Shown in pieces: positions 62,235-64,000 of a DNA stretch of 64,000 bases. Position 1 is the stretch's first letter, and every line of letters starts with the position of its first letter. The translations under genes were made by a program, and so were the position numbers. The notes under the pieces are model-generated. The model searched no databases, had not been told where the DNA came from, and saw only the letters and a program-made list of their open reading frames with translations. The DNA is from an archaeon (GTDB lineage Archaea; SpSt-1190; DYHY01): assembly GCA_043803745.1 (NCBI GenBank), contig JAZDJS010000048.1, positions 4,385 to 68,384 of the forward strand, read 5' to 3'.

Positions 62235-62762
62235 TTGAAAGGGGAACTGCACGAAATGAAGTCAAGACGAAAAATTGACAAGCTGAAAAAGCCGAGGGCA
62301 TCGCCGAAATACAAGCAGATTCTTGGGCGAGGCGAGCAGGCCCCGGATTTTGCGCTATGGGGAACTGACGGGAAAAGCCATTCCCTTTCCGAATTCAAGG
62401 GGAAAAATGTCGCCCTGTACTTCTACCCGAAAGACAACACGCCCGGATGCACTTCCGAGGCCTGTTCCTTCCGCGACATTTTCCCAGAACTCAAGAAAAA
62501 GAAGGCGGTCGTAATCGGGATAAGCCCCGACAACGTCAGGTCGCACGAGGATTTCGCGAGGAAATATTCCCTGCCGTTCCTTCTCCTTTCCGACCTCGAT
62601 CATGCGGCAGCCAAGTCTTACGGGGTCTGGCAGAACCGGGGGATTTTCGGGTGGGGCGTTTCAAGGACAACTTTCACAATCGACCTCAGGGGGAAGATAC
62701 GGAAGGTTTTCACGCAGGTCGTTCCCGAAGGGCATGGCAAGCAGGTTTTGAAGGCTCTCTGA
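62235..62762 (+). CDS. bcp: peroxiredoxin (Bcp/PrxQ type)
   Basis: [26 protein letters not shown] (CP-x4-C active site). Confidence 0.85.
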   Translation: MKGELHEMKSRRKIDKLKKPRASPKYKQILGRGEQAPDFALWGTDGKSHSLSEFKGKNVALYFYPKDNTPGCTSEACSFRDIFPELKKKKAVVIGISPDNVRSHEDFARKYSLPFLLLSDLDHAAAKSYGVWQNRGIFGWGVSRTTFTIDLRGKIRKVFTQVVPEGHGKQVLKAL

Positions 62763-62811
62763 GTCCCGCTCCGATTTTTCGGGAGCTGTGTTTAACTCCG
62801 TGGAGCGGGGG
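62763..62811 (+). terminator. possible terminator hairpin (CCCGCTCC...GGAGCGGG) with an internal T5
   Basis: 8-bp inverted repeat immediately after the bcp stop. The loop is long (about 30 nt) and contains GATTTTTCGG. Confidence 0.25.
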
Positions 62812-62868
62812 GCAGCCGCCGAAGTTTTAAGCGAAAAGGAATAAATAGTCGGGCGGCGTCCCCGCCGG

Positions 62869-64000
62869 ATGGCTGAGGGAAAAACGGATTTCACATTCAA
62901 GCTTGGCGGACCCGCCGGATACGGAATTGCCCAGGCTGGCGCGCTATTTTCAAAGGCATGCACCCGCTCCGGATATTTTGTCTTCGTCAACAACGAATAC
63001 CCCTCACTAATCCGCGGCGGACACAACACAGTCCAGGTCAGGATACGCAACGCGCCCGCGCTCGGTCTGGCTGAGAGGGTCGACCTCGTCCTCGCCCTTG
63101 ACCGGAACGGGATTCTCGAGCACATTTCCGAGCTTGTCCCCTCTTCCGTAATTGTCTATGATTCCGACGAGGTCAAGGAAGAGGATGCCAGAACGGCTGG
63201 ATGCACCCTTGTGCCGATGCCGCTCATATCCCTAGCAAGGCAGGTCGGCGGGGAGAAGATAATGAAGAACACGGTCGGGCTTGGCGCAATAGCAGCGATT
63301 TCCGGGCTTGACATTGAAACCCTGAACGCGCTTATCCGGGAAAATTTCAGCGGGAAGAGGGAAGAGGTTGCTGCAACAAACATCAGGGCTGCGCGCCTCG
63401 GATATGATTATGTGGCTGAAAAATTCGGGGATGTTGTCGGGAAATTCCAGTGGAAGCTCTCGGAACTTCCAGCAGCTCCCGCAAGAATCCTAGTTTCGGG
63501 AAACGAAGCTGTTGCGCTCGGCGCAATGCGGGCGGGATGCAGGTTCCTTGCGGCATATCCGATGACTCCGGCATCGGCGATAATGCACTATTATGCCGCG
63601 AACGAGCGGACCGCCGGCGTCGTTATGAAGCATGTCGAGGATGAGATTTCGGGGATAAACATGGCAATTGGCGCGAACTTTGCGGGAGCGCGGGCAATGG
63701 TCGCGACTTCCGGCGGGGGCTTTTCCCTCCAGACAGAGGGCCTGGGCCTTGCCGCAATGACCGAGACTCCGGTTGTGATTGTCGAAGTCCAGAGACCGGG
63801 TCCTGCAACCGGGCTTCCGACTCACACGGGACAGGGCGATCTCCATTTCGTGATAAACGCACACCAGGACGAATTCCCAAGGGTCGTTGTTGCCCCGGGG
63901 GATACGGAGGAGGCTTTCAGGTTCACTTTCGATGCGTTCAACTGGGCTGAGAAATTTCAGGCGCCGGTAATTGTCCTTTCCGACAAGTATCTTGCGGAAA
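62869..64000 (+). CDS. 2-oxoacid:ferredoxin oxidoreductase, fused gamma/alpha subunit (truncated at window end)
   Basis: It has the gamma-domain start FKLGGPAGYGIAQAG and the alpha-domain AYPMTPAS and ATSGGGFSLQTEGL motifs. The ORF continues past 64000. Confidence 0.8.
   Translation, partial: MAEGKTDFTFKLGGPAGYGIAQAGALFSKACTRSGYFVFVNNEYPSLIRGGHNTVQVRIRNAPALGLAERVDLVLALDRNGILEHISELVPSSVIVYDSDEVKEEDARTAGCTLVPMPLISLARQVGGEKIMKNTVGLGAIAAISGLDIETLNALIRENFSGKREEVAATNIRAARLGYDYVAEKFGDVVGKFQWKLSELPAAPARILVSGNEAVALGAMRAGCRFLAAYPMTPASAIMHYYAANERTAGVVMKHVEDEISGINMAIGANFAGARAMVATSGGGFSLQTEGLGLAAMTETPVVIVEVQRPGPATGLPTHTGQGDLHFVINAHQDEFPRVVVAPGDTEEAFRFTFDAFNWAEKFQAPVIVLSDKYLAE

Overview
Archaeal chromosomal window of about 57% GC. 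It has archaea-specific informational genes (eL43, RpoP, Pcc1, prefoldin beta, RpoK, eS17, GatD/GatE), a tubulin-type FtsZ and SepF, and mostly co-directional, tightly packed or overlapping genes. No rRNA, tRNA, CRISPR array, transposase or integrase was recognised. The window contains, in order: (i) two divergently transcribed giant secreted repeat proteins of 1253 and 1617 aa; (ii) a D-2-hydroxyacid dehydrogenase, then a 1.2 kb ORF-free region carrying three plus-strand terminator-like hairpins; (iii) ftsZ; (iv) a secreted beta-helix/HExxH protein translationally coupled to a small Cys-rich membrane-anchored protein; (v) a cation:proton antiporter and divergent gatD and gatE; (vi) a compact Tad/Epd-like type IV pilus module (secretion ATPase, two TadB/C-like membrane proteins and a 57-aa Flp-like pilin that is absent from the ORF track); (vii) GNAT, MBL-fold, NUDIX, RidA and HisC-like genes and a HisRS carrying a C-terminal AlaX-S-like editing domain; (viii) an MFS transporter and an sHSP; (ix) the eL43-rpoP-pcc1-pfdB cluster, a DHH phosphoesterase, a UPF0147 protein, sepF, two tandem paralogs of an unknown family, rpoK and rps17e; (x) a PfkB-type sugar kinase and an NDP-sugar pyrophosphorylase; (xi) a Cys-repeat putative lipoprotein; (xii) a repeat-rich intergenic region followed by an uncharacterised three-gene module (two coupled coiled-coil proteins plus a 585-aa Trp/Lys-rich protein); (xiii) an HxlR regulator divergent from a sufCBDS-sufU-bcp operon; and (xiv) the start of a 2-oxoacid:ferredoxin oxidoreductase. 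Most noteworthy are the orphan three-gene module, the Tad-like locus with its unannotated mini-pilin, the HisRS-AlaX-S fusion, a shared C-terminal tail on the two giant surface proteins, and short duplicated gene-terminus fragments (including one recoded only at synonymous positions).
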